From Gemmatimonadales bacterium (GTDB lineage Bacteria; Gemmatimonadota; Gemmatimonadetes; Gemmatimonadales; JACORV01), in NCBI GenBank assembly GCA_017881505.1, contig JADGQW010000003.1, positions 1 to 40,026 on the forward strand: 40,026 nucleotides of DNA, read 5' to 3'. Shown here piece by piece: positions 7,509-15,606 of this stretch (position 1 is its first letter; every line of letters begins with the position of its first letter). Below the pieces are notes generated by a model. That model did no database searches. It saw nothing but the letters and a program-made list of their open reading frames with translations, and was not told where the DNA came from. Both the position numbers and the translations under genes were made by a program.

Positions 7509-10307
7509 ATGCTCCGCCCGCTCGCCGTCTCCCTCGTGGCCGCCGCCGCGATCGCCGCCCACGCGGCCGCCCAGCAGCCGCTCGACACGGCGTACACGCG
7601 CCAGATCCGCGCCTCCACATCGGAGCCGCGCTTCAACACCGACCTGACGGACCATCTCCCCGCGGACCCGCGGGTGCCCACGCCGCTGGCCGTCCTGGGG
7701 TACGTGCCCGGGACCGTCGGCCGCCTGAGCCACGTGGCGGACATCAACCGCTACTTCCGCGCGCTCGCCGCGGCGACGCCGCGCGTTCGGGTGTTCAGCA
7801 TCGGGATGTCGGACGAGGGACGGGAGATGATCGCCGCCGCGATCGCCGACTCCGCGACGATCGCAGGCCTCGACGGGTACCGCGAGGTCACGCGCCGCCT
7901 GGCCGATCCGCGCGGCCTCTCCGAGGAGGACGCGCACGCCCTCATCGGTCGGGGGAAGCCGATCTACTACCTCACGGGGTCCATCCACTCGCCGGAGACG
8001 GGCTCGCCGGAGATGCTCATGGAGCTCGCCTACCGCCTCGCGGTGGACGAGGGTGCGATGATCCGCGGCATCCGGGAGCACGAGGTCGTGCTCATCACGC
8101 CGGTCCTCGAGGTGGACGGCCGCGACAAGATGGTGGACGTGTACATGTACGGGCGCAGCCACCACGGCGTCCGCCCACCGCTCGTCTACTGGGGCAAGTA
8201 CACCGCGCACGACAACAACCGCGACGGGATGGTGATCTCGCAGGTGCTCTCGCGGAACATCCTCGCCGCGTACTTCGAGTGGCACCCCACGATCCTGCAC
8301 GACCTGCACGAGTCGGTCCCGTTCCTGTACGCCTCCACCGGCACGGGGCCCTACAACCGCGCGATCGACGCGATCACGGTCGACGAGTGGTACACGCTGG
8401 CGATGCAGGAGATCGGCGAGCTCACGAAGCGCGGGCTCCCCGGCGTCTGGACGCACGGTTTCTATGACGGGTGGACGCCGAACTACATCATGTTCATCGC
8501 GAATTTGCGGAACAGCATCGGCCGGTTCTACGAGACGTACACGTCGTTCGGCGCGGAGTGCGACACCGCGCGCCTCGGGCCGGCGCAGACCAGCGTCGAG
8601 TGGTACCGACCCAACCCGCCGCTCAACGGCGTCCGTTGGTGCATCCGCAACAACATCAACTACCAGGAGTCGGGCGCCCTGGTGGCCCTGGATTACGTGG
8701 CCCACAACGGCCCGCGCTTCCTCGAGAACTTCTGGCTGAAGTCGCGGCGCGCGGTGGAGCGGGGCCGGACCCGGGCGCCGTACGCCTGGCTCATCCCGGC
8801 GGCCCAGGCGCGACGGGTGGAGGCCGCCGAGCTGGTGAACCTCTTCCGCCTGCAGGGGATCGAGGTGCACCGCGCCGACCGCGCGTTCGCCGCCGGCAGC
8901 GTCCCGGTGGCCGAGGGGGACTATGTGGTCCGGATGGACCAGCCGTACGGCCCGCTGGCCGACAACCTCCTCGGCATCCAGACCTATCGCCCGACGGATC
9001 CCAGCCCCTACGACGACACGGGGTGGACCCTCGGCGCGCTGCGCAACGTCATCACCAGGGCCATCGCGGATTCGAGCGTACTGGCGCAGCCTCTCACGCT
9101 CCTCACTGACGACGTGCGCCCCCGCGGGACCCTGACCGGCGCCGAGAGCGGCCGCGCGGCGATCCTGGTCCCCGCCACCACGGAGAGCAACCTCATCGTC
9201 TTCCGGTTCCGGCTGCGGCAGATCCGGATGTACGCCGCGGAGGATTCGTTCTCCGTCGCGGGGCAGAGCTTCCCGGCCGGCACGGTGATCATCCCCCTCG
9301 CCGGCGCGCCGCGGGACGCGGAGCGGCAGGTCGCCGGGGCGCTCGACTCCCTGGGCCTCGCCGGCGTGGCCGTGCGGGAGGCGCCGTCCGCTCCACGCCA
9401 CGAGCTCGACGTCCCGCGCATCGGGATGGTCCACTCGTGGACGAACACCCAGGACGAAGGCTGGGTGCGCTACGCCTTCGACCGGCTCGGCATCCCGTAC
9501 ACGTATCTGTCCACCCAGCAGCTGCGCGACAGCAGCCGCCTGGCCGCGCTCGACGTCCTCGTGCTGCCACAGGCCGGGTTCAATGCGCGGTCGCTGATCA
9601 CCGGCATGCCGATGGCGGGTCCGCCGATCCCGTGGAAGCGGACGGCGGAGACCCCGAATCTCGGGCGTGAGGACCAGACCGACGACGTCCGGCCGGGGAT
9701 CGGCCTGGACGGGCTCGTGCGGCTCGACGCGTGGCTGCGCCGCGGCGGGCTCCTCATCACCGAAGGGGGCACGGCCGCTCTGCCGGTGCAGGCGGGCTTC
9801 GGCCGCGGGGTGAGCGTCGTCGAGCCGCGGCAGCTCCGCGCGCGCGGCGCCGTCTTCCGGGCGAGGGTGACGGACCCGCTCAGTCCCATCGCCTACGGCT
9901 ACGCCGACACCTTGCCCGTGTACTTCAGCCAGGCGCCGCTCCTCCAGGTGGATTCGATCGACGCGACCGGTTCCGAGCAGGAACGGGACTCGAGCGTGGT
10001 CCGCGACCTGTGGCGCTCCACCCCGCGCGTCGTCCTCCGCTTCCATCCGAAGTCCGACTCGCTCCTCATCTCCGGCCAGCTCGAGAACGGGACTGAGCTC
10101 GCGGGACGGCCAGCCGTCGTGGATGTGCCCGACGGCGCCGGCCACATCGTCCTCTTCGCCATCCGCCCCTTCTGGCGCTGGCAGACGCAGGGGTCGTTCG
10201 CGCTCGCGTTCAACGCGATTATGAACTGGAACGACCTGGGGGCCCGCTGGCCCACCGCCCAGACGCCCCTGCGCCAGGCGCCTGCGGAGGGAGCCAGGTC
10301 GCGCTAG
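7509..10307 (+). CDS. Secreted M14-family zinc carboxypeptidase-like protein with C-terminal GATase-like domain (paralog of 1293-3635)
   Basis: Signal peptide; GSIHSPE (HxxE); HDNNRD; HDLHE; YDDTGWTL; DEGWVR. Confidence 0.88.
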   Translation: MLRPLAVSLVAAAAIAAHAAAQQPLDTAYTRQIRASTSEPRFNTDLTDHLPADPRVPTPLAVLGYVPGTVGRLSHVADINRYFRALAAATPRVRVFSIGMSDEGREMIAAAIADSATIAGLDGYREVTRRLADPRGLSEEDAHALIGRGKPIYYLTGSIHSPETGSPEMLMELAYRLAVDEGAMIRGIREHEVVLITPVLEVDGRDKMVDVYMYGRSHHGVRPPLVYWGKYTAHDNNRDGMVISQVLSRNILAAYFEWHPTILHDLHESVPFLYASTGTGPYNRAIDAITVDEWYTLAMQEIGELTKRGLPGVWTHGFYDGWTPNYIMFIANLRNSIGRFYETYTSFGAECDTARLGPAQTSVEWYRPNPPLNGVRWCIRNNINYQESGALVALDYVAHNGPRFLENFWLKSRRAVERGRTRAPYAWLIPAAQARRVEAAELVNLFRLQGIEVHRADRAFAAGSVPVAEGDYVVRMDQPYGPLADNLLGIQTYRPTDPSPYDDTGWTLGALRNVITRAIADSSVLAQPLTLLTDDVRPRGTLTGAESGRAAILVPATTESNLIVFRFRLRQIRMYAAEDSFSVAGQSFPAGTVIIPLAGAPRDAERQVAGALDSLGLAGVAVREAPSAPRHELDVPRIGMVHSWTNTQDEGWVRYAFDRLGIPYTYLSTQQLRDSSRLAALDVLVLPQAGFNARSLITGMPMAGPPIPWKRTAETPNLGREDQTDDVRPGIGLDGLVRLDAWLRRGGLLITEGGTAALPVQAGFGRGVSVVEPRQLRARGAVFRARVTDPLSPIAYGYADTLPVYFSQAPLLQVDSIDATGSEQERDSSVVRDLWRSTPRVVLRFHPKSDSLLISGQLENGTELAGRPAVVDVPDGAGHIVLFAIRPFWRWQTQGSFALAFNAIMNWNDLGARWPTAQTPLRQAPAEGARSR

Positions 10308-10322
10308 CGCGTGGCCGGCCTA

Positions 10323-10390
10323 TTGACCAGACCGGTACCTCACCTTACCGTTGCCAACCGTCCGGTTGAATGGGGGTCGGTTGGCAACGG
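10323..10390 (+). promoter_or_regulatory. Sigma70 promoter and putative TetR operator
   Basis: TTGACC (10323-10328), 17 bp, TACCGT (10346-10351); palindrome CAACCG-TC-CGGTTG at 10355-10368; 13-bp inverted repeat 10348-10360/10378-10390. Confidence 0.6.
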
Positions 10391-10962
10391 GATCGCGGAA
10401 GGAAGCCATCCTCGATGCGGCTCGCGGGGAGTTCGCCGACCTCGGCTACTCCGGGGCACGCGTCGAGCGTATCGCTGCGGCGGCAGGTGCGAATAAGCAG
10501 TTGATATTCCATTACTTCGGATCGAAAGACGGCCTTTACGCCGCAGTCGCCGCCGCCACCTTCCTCGGCGCACCGGACTCTCAGCTCACCGCGCCGACCC
10601 CCACGGAATCGCTTCGGCGGTGCGTCGCGGATATGGCGTCCTGGTTCGGGAGGACGTCCGGGGCTGCCCTCCTGGTTTCCGAGTGTGTCTCAGGGCGGCC
10701 GGTTCCGGCTGAGGCGGAACGGACCGTGAACGGCTGGCTGCAGAAGGCATCGACCAACATCCGCGCCGCCATCGACGACGGACAGCGCAAGGGCTACTTC
10801 AGGGACGACATCGACGCTCAATCCATTGCCAGGCTTATCGTTGCATCATCGGTCGGTAACTCGCTCCTAGCTCGCGGGGAACCCGGCACGGTGCCCGAGT
10901 CCGCGACGAGGTCCGCATCCCTGCTCGCCCAGGTCGCCGTGGATCTCTGTGCCTGGCGCTAG
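10381..10962 (+). CDS. TetR/AcrR family transcriptional regulator
   Basis: ILDAARGEFADLGYSGARVERIAAAAGANKQLIFHYFGSKDGLY HTH; C-terminal GQRKGYFR. Start TTG 10381 is preferred because TTG 10351 lies in the predicted -10 box. Confidence 0.88.
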   Translation: MATGSRKEAILDAARGEFADLGYSGARVERIAAAAGANKQLIFHYFGSKDGLYAAVAAATFLGAPDSQLTAPTPTESLRRCVADMASWFGRTSGAALLVSECVSGRPVPAEAERTVNGWLQKASTNIRAAIDDGQRKGYFRDDIDAQSIARLIVASSVGNSLLARGEPGTVPESATRSASLLAQVAVDLCAWR

Positions 10963-12991
10963 GTTCAGTGCGTCGCTGGCGCTGTCAACCGCATGGTTGG
11001 CGCTCGCATTCCAATGCGCCCAAGCGCAAGTGGCACAAGATGTTGAGATTGTCCGCCCTAAGCTCTCTACGGTCGTGTACGACCGCAACGGCGGACTTCT
11101 GGCGGAGATCGGCCCCCAAGCGAGGAGCTGGGCCAGGATGGTGGAGCTTCCGGCCTACGTCGGGCAGGCTTTCGTGGCGACGGAAGACCGGCGCTTCTAT
11201 CAGCATGACGGCGTGGACGTGATCGGCCTGGTGGGCGCGATCCGGGACAATCTGCTGCGCGGGTTCGGCTCCCGGGGAGCCAGCACCATCACCGAGCAGC
11301 TCATCGGCGCGATGTACCCCGCGGAGGTGGACCGCCGTGAGATGACGCTCGGGCGGAAGATGCGCGAGGCTACGATGGCCCGCGCGCTCGAGCGGGGTCA
11401 CACCAAGGCCGAGATCCTCGAGGCGTATCTCAACTACATCCCGTTCGGGCACGGCTGGTTCGGGGTCGAGGCCGCGGCGCGCCACTACTTCGCCAAGGAC
11501 GCCGCCGCGCTCACGGTGGCGGAGGCCGCGCTCCTCGCCGCGCTCCCGAAATCGCCGGTGCAGTACGACCCGCGCGCCCACCCCGATCGCGCGCTGACGA
11601 GGCGGAACCTCGTGCTCCAGCGGATGGAGGAGGAGCGCTACCTGAGTCCGGAGGCCGCGCGCGCGGCGATGCGTGAGCCGCTCCGCCTCGCGCCCGACGC
11701 CGGGTTCAGCACGCGGGCGCCGTACGCGGTGGAGTGGGTGCGACGGTGGCTCGTGCAGCGCTACGGGATCGCCGCCGTGAACAACGGCGGGCTCTCCGTC
11801 CAGACCACCATCGATCCGGATGCGCAGAACGCCGCCAACGCGGCGCTGGCCGGCGGCCTCGCACGGGTGGAGGCGTTGCCGGGCTATCAGTGGCCCCGGT
11901 ACGGCACGCGAGCCGCCCGCGCCACGGCCGGCGAGGCCCCGTACCTCCAGGGCCTGCTCGTCGCGCTCGATCCGGCGAGCGGCGACGTGCTCGCGCTCGT
12001 CGGCGGCAGGGACTTCCGTGATTCGGAGTTCGATCGCGCGGTGCAGGGGCGCCGTCAGGCGGGCTCCGCCTTCAAGCTGTTCGTGTACGCCGCCGCGCTC
12101 GTCCAGGGGATGCCGCCGACCACGCTCCTCGACGACAGCCCTCTCAGCCTCCCGAAGGGCGACGGCACAATGTGGGCGCCGGAGAACAGCGACCGGGCGT
12201 GGCACGGCACGGTGACGATGCGGACGGCGCTGCTGCGCTCGATCAACGTCCCCGCGGTCCGCCTCGCGCTCAGGGCGGGAATGGACTCGGTGGTCGCGAC
12301 GGCGCACCGCTTCGGCCTCACGACCGACGTCCCGCCGTTCGCCCCGACGGCAATCGGCGCCGCCGACGTGCGCCCTATCGAACTGATCGGCGCCTACGGC
12401 GCTCTCGCCACCCTCGGCCGCTACGCGCCGGCGCGGATCGTCACGGTCGTGCAGGGGTCCGCGGGACTGCCGGTCTACGAGGCACCCGCACCGCAACCGG
12501 TGCAGGTGCTGGACTCCGGCACGGCGTTCCAGATGGTGGACATGCTGCGCGATGCGGTGGCGCGCGGCACCGGCACCGCGGCGCGTCAAGGCGCTCCGGC
12601 CGGGCTCGCCGTAGCGGGGAAGACCGGCACGACCAACGACAACGCCGACGTCTGGTTCGTGGGACTCACCCCCGACCTGGTGGCGGGGGTCTGGATGGGA
12701 TTCGACCGTCCGCGGACCATCACGCCCGGTGCCTTCGGCGGGACTCTGGCCGCCCCGATCTGGGCCGCCTTCGCCGCCGCCGTGTACGCGCACCGGCCCG
12801 TCCCCGCGCCGTGGGCGCCCCCGACGGGACTCGTCGCGATGCGCGTGCGCCGCGCCGACGGGGCTCCCGCGGCCTCGGACACCACCGACGCCAGTCTCCC
12901 GGAGTGGTTCCGCGTCGGCACGGAGCCGACGCCGCAGGCCGCCGCCGACCGCCTGCTCCACGGCGCGACCGGCTGGCTGCTGCGCTGGTAG
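10949..12991 (+). CDS. Class A penicillin-binding protein (PBP1A-like transglycosylase/transpeptidase)
   Basis: GT51 motifs EDRRFYQHDG, GASTITEQL, RKMRE, LEAYLN. Transpeptidase motifs SAFK (SxxK), SIN (SxN), KTG. Hydrophobic N-terminus. Confidence 0.93.
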   Translation: MPGARFSASLALSTAWLALAFQCAQAQVAQDVEIVRPKLSTVVYDRNGGLLAEIGPQARSWARMVELPAYVGQAFVATEDRRFYQHDGVDVIGLVGAIRDNLLRGFGSRGASTITEQLIGAMYPAEVDRREMTLGRKMREATMARALERGHTKAEILEAYLNYIPFGHGWFGVEAAARHYFAKDAAALTVAEAALLAALPKSPVQYDPRAHPDRALTRRNLVLQRMEEERYLSPEAARAAMREPLRLAPDAGFSTRAPYAVEWVRRWLVQRYGIAAVNNGGLSVQTTIDPDAQNAANAALAGGLARVEALPGYQWPRYGTRAARATAGEAPYLQGLLVALDPASGDVLALVGGRDFRDSEFDRAVQGRRQAGSAFKLFVYAAALVQGMPPTTLLDDSPLSLPKGDGTMWAPENSDRAWHGTVTMRTALLRSINVPAVRLALRAGMDSVVATAHRFGLTTDVPPFAPTAIGAADVRPIELIGAYGALATLGRYAPARIVTVVQGSAGLPVYEAPAPQPVQVLDSGTAFQMVDMLRDAVARGTGTAARQGAPAGLAVAGKTGTTNDNADVWFVGLTPDLVAGVWMGFDRPRTITPGAFGGTLAAPIWAAFAAAVYAHRPVPAPWAPPTGLVAMRVRRADGAPAASDTTDASLPEWFRVGTEPTPQAAADRLLHGATGWLLRW

Positions 12992-13009
12992 TAGGCGGCG
13001 GCGGGACCC

Positions 13010-15433
13010 CTAGCGCGCGCTCTTCAGCAGCGCGTTGACCGCCGGCGTGTCCCGGCTCCCGAGGGCCACGGAGAGCACTTCGTCGAGCGTCTCGACGGGG
13101 TGGAAGACGAGCTGGCGCCGCACCTCTTCGGGCAGGTCCTCGAGGTCGCGCTCGTTCTCCTTCGGCAGGACGATGTCGGTGATCCCCGCCCGCGCCGCTC
13201 CGAGGACCTTCTCCTTCAGCCCGCCGATGGGCAGCACCGTGCCCCGGAGCGTGATCTCGCCGGTCATCGCCACGTTGTGGCGCGTCGGCCGGTTGGTCAG
13301 CGCGCTGATCAGCGCCGTCGCCATCGTGACGCCGGCGGAGGGGCCGTCCTTCGGCACCGCGCCGGCGGGGACGTGGATGTGGATCTGCCGGTCGAGGAGC
13401 GCGCCCTCGGGGACGCCGAGCGCGGTCGCGTTCTTCTTGGCGTAGCTCAGGGCCGCGCGCGCGGACTCCTTCATCACGTCTCCGAGCTGGCCGGTCAGCA
13501 CGAGATCGTCCTTCCCCGCCATCAGCGCCGCCTCGACGAACATGATGTCGCCGCCGCTGGGCGTGTAGTACATCCCGGTCGCGACGCCCACGGCGTCCTC
13601 GCGGGCCGCCCGCTCCGGCCGCACCTTCGGCCGGCCCAGCTCCTTCTTCACCTCCGCGCCGTCCACCACGATCCGTTCCACGGCTCCGCCGGCCACGCGC
13701 CGTGCCACCTTCCGCGCGAGCCGCCCGAGCTCCCGCTCGAGCTGGCGCACGCCAGCCTCGTGCGTGAAACCGCTGATGATCTCGCGGATCGCAGAGTCAT
13801 CGACGGCGATCTGGCCGTCGCCCAGGCCGTTCTCGCGGAGCTGGCGCGGCACGAGGTACTGGCGCGCGATGCCGAGCTTCTCCTGCTCCGTGTAGCCGGA
13901 GAACTCCACCGTCTCCATCCGGTCGAGGAGCGGGCCGGGAATGTTCTGCAGCACGTTCGCGGTCGCGATGAAGAGCACTTCGGACAGGTCGAACGGCACG
14001 CCGAGGTAGTGGTCGGTGAAGGAATCGTTCTGCGCGGGGTCGAGGACCTCGAGGAGCGCCGCGGCGGGGTCGCCCTGGAAGGAGACGCCGAGCTTGTCCA
14101 CCTCGTCGAGGAGGAAGACGGGGTTCTTGGTGCCCGCCTGCTTCATCCCCTGGATGATGCGGCCTGGGAGGGCGCCGACGTAGGTGCGCCGGTGGCCGCG
14201 GATGTCCGCCTCGTCGCGGGCGCCACCCAGGGAGATGCGCACGTACTTCCGCCCCATCGCACGGGCGATGGACTTGGCGATGGACGTCTTGCCGGTGCCC
14301 GGGGGGCCGACGAAGAGGAGGATCGGCCCGTGCTGGAAGACGCGATCGTCCTCCTGGCCCTTCACCGCGCCGCCCTCCGCCTGCTTCTCAGCCGCGGCGT
14401 CGGCGCGCTTGCGCAGCTGCCGCACCGCGAGGAACTCCAGCACCCGCTCCTTCACGTCGCCGAGGCCGTAATGATCCTCCTCCAGGACCTGGTGGGCCCG
14501 CGCCGTGTCGAGGAGATCCTCCGAGCGTACGTTCCACGGCAGCTCGGCGATCCACTCGAGGAAGGTCCGGATGACCTGGGCCTCCATGGACTCCCGGGCC
14601 GCGCGCTCGAGCCGGTTGAGCTCGCGCTCGACCTCCTTCCACGCCGCCTCGGGGAGCTCGAGCTTCTCGAGCTTCTCCCGCAGCGCCGCGACGTCCTCGT
14701 CCTCGTTCCCGTCCCCCAGCTCGCGGCGGATCGCTTTCAGCTGTTCGCGCAGGTACATCTCGCGCTGCCGCTCGCCGATCTCCTCCTGCACCTGCGACTT
14801 GATGTCCTCCTGCGCGTCGGCGACGGCGATCTGGCGCTGCATCTGGATGAGGATCCGCCGGAGACGGTCCTCGACCGACAGCGTCTCGAGGAGGGACTGC
14901 CGCTCAGGGGTCTTGAGGTCGATGTACCCGGCCACCAGGTCCGCGAACCGCCCCGGATCACTCACCCCCGCGAGCGTCTGCTGGACCATCTCCTCGGGGA
15001 GGCCGCTCTTCTGCGCCAGCTCCGCCGCGCGCTCGCGCGCTTCCTTGTAGAGCGCCTGGAAGGCCGGCTCGGCGGGGTCGAGGGGCGCCAGGTCGGCGAC
15101 CTCACGCAGCGTCGCCTCGAGATATCCCTCGCGCTCCGTGATGTGGACGGCCGCCGCGCGGTACTCGCCGTGGAGGACCAGCTGCACGCCGCCGAGGCCG
15201 CGCTGCACCTGGCCGATCCGGGCCACCGTGCCCATCGAGTGCAGGAGTTCGGGAGTGACCTGCTCGACGTTCTCGCGCTGCGCCACCGCGAAGATGAGCC
15301 GCTTTTCGTCCTTGAGCGCCGTCTCGATCGCGCGCAGCGTGCCCGGCCGACCGGCGCTGATCGGCGACGTGGTGCCGGGGTAGAGGACCAGCTCGCGCAG
15401 GGGAAGGACGGGCAGGGTCACGGGGTCGTTCAT
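13010..15433 (-). CDS. lon: ATP-dependent protease La (Lon)
   Basis: LON N-domain LPVLPLR; Walker A GPPGTGKT; Walker B LLDEVDK; catalytic KDGPSAG (Ser) and IGGLKEK (Lys). Confidence 0.97.
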   Translation of the reverse strand: MNDPVTLPVLPLRELVLYPGTTSPISAGRPGTLRAIETALKDEKRLIFAVAQRENVEQVTPELLHSMGTVARIGQVQRGLGGVQLVLHGEYRAAAVHITEREGYLEATLREVADLAPLDPAEPAFQALYKEARERAAELAQKSGLPEEMVQQTLAGVSDPGRFADLVAGYIDLKTPERQSLLETLSVEDRLRRILIQMQRQIAVADAQEDIKSQVQEEIGERQREMYLREQLKAIRRELGDGNEDEDVAALREKLEKLELPEAAWKEVERELNRLERAARESMEAQVIRTFLEWIAELPWNVRSEDLLDTARAHQVLEEDHYGLGDVKERVLEFLAVRQLRKRADAAAEKQAEGGAVKGQEDDRVFQHGPILLFVGPPGTGKTSIAKSIARAMGRKYVRISLGGARDEADIRGHRRTYVGALPGRIIQGMKQAGTKNPVFLLDEVDKLGVSFQGDPAAALLEVLDPAQNDSFTDHYLGVPFDLSEVLFIATANVLQNIPGPLLDRMETVEFSGYTEQEKLGIARQYLVPRQLRENGLGDGQIAVDDSAIREIISGFTHEAGVRQLERELGRLARKVARRVAGGAVERIVVDGAEVKKELGRPKVRPERAAREDAVGVATGMYYTPSGGDIMFVEAALMAGKDDLVLTGQLGDVMKESARAALSYAKKNATALGVPEGALLDRQIHIHVPAGAVPKDGPSAGVTMATALISALTNRPTRHNVAMTGEITLRGTVLPIGGLKEKVLGAARAGITDIVLPKENERDLEDLPEEVRRQLVFHPVETLDEVLSVALGSRDTPAVNALLKSAR

Positions 15434-15486
15434 CGGCCGCTCTCGCAGGTCGTGGATGGTACCGATTCGGGATCATCCTCCGATCA

Positions 15487-15502
15487 AGCACCCTTCGTGC
15501 CA
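15487..15502 (-). promoter_or_regulatory. Putative sigma54 (-24/-12) promoter of lon
   Basis: The minus strand reads TGGCACGAAGGGTGCT against consensus TGGCACG-N4-TTGCW (one mismatch), about 55 nt upstream of the lon ATG. Confidence 0.55.
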
Positions 15503-15552
15503 CCTGTGGACCCGGAACCTGCGCCAATCTGGCAGGAACGGGCCGTTCGCAG

Positions 15553-15581
15553 TTGCCACACCGGGCCGCCGCCGCTAATCT
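15553..15581 (+). promoter_or_regulatory. Putative sigma70 promoter of the kinase gene
   Basis: TTGCCA (15553-15558), 17 bp, TAATCT (15576-15581); ATG at 15607. Confidence 0.55.
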
Positions 15582-15606
15582 ATGCCGCGATGCCGCATCC
15601 TGCCCT

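Noticed and set aside
7170-10145. Very long antisense or alternate-frame ORFs (e.g. 882-2774, 7170-10145, 13100-15610, 16923-20813, 17891-20770, 20659-23121)
   Set aside because: These are shadow ORFs expected at this GC content. They are Arg/Pro/Gly-rich with no motifs and overlap genes with clear family signatures.
12989-12994. Tandem TAG TAG after the PBP as possible pyrrolysine or readthrough signal
   Set aside because: The protein is complete, lon ends 15 nt later on the other strand, and there are no pyl genes.
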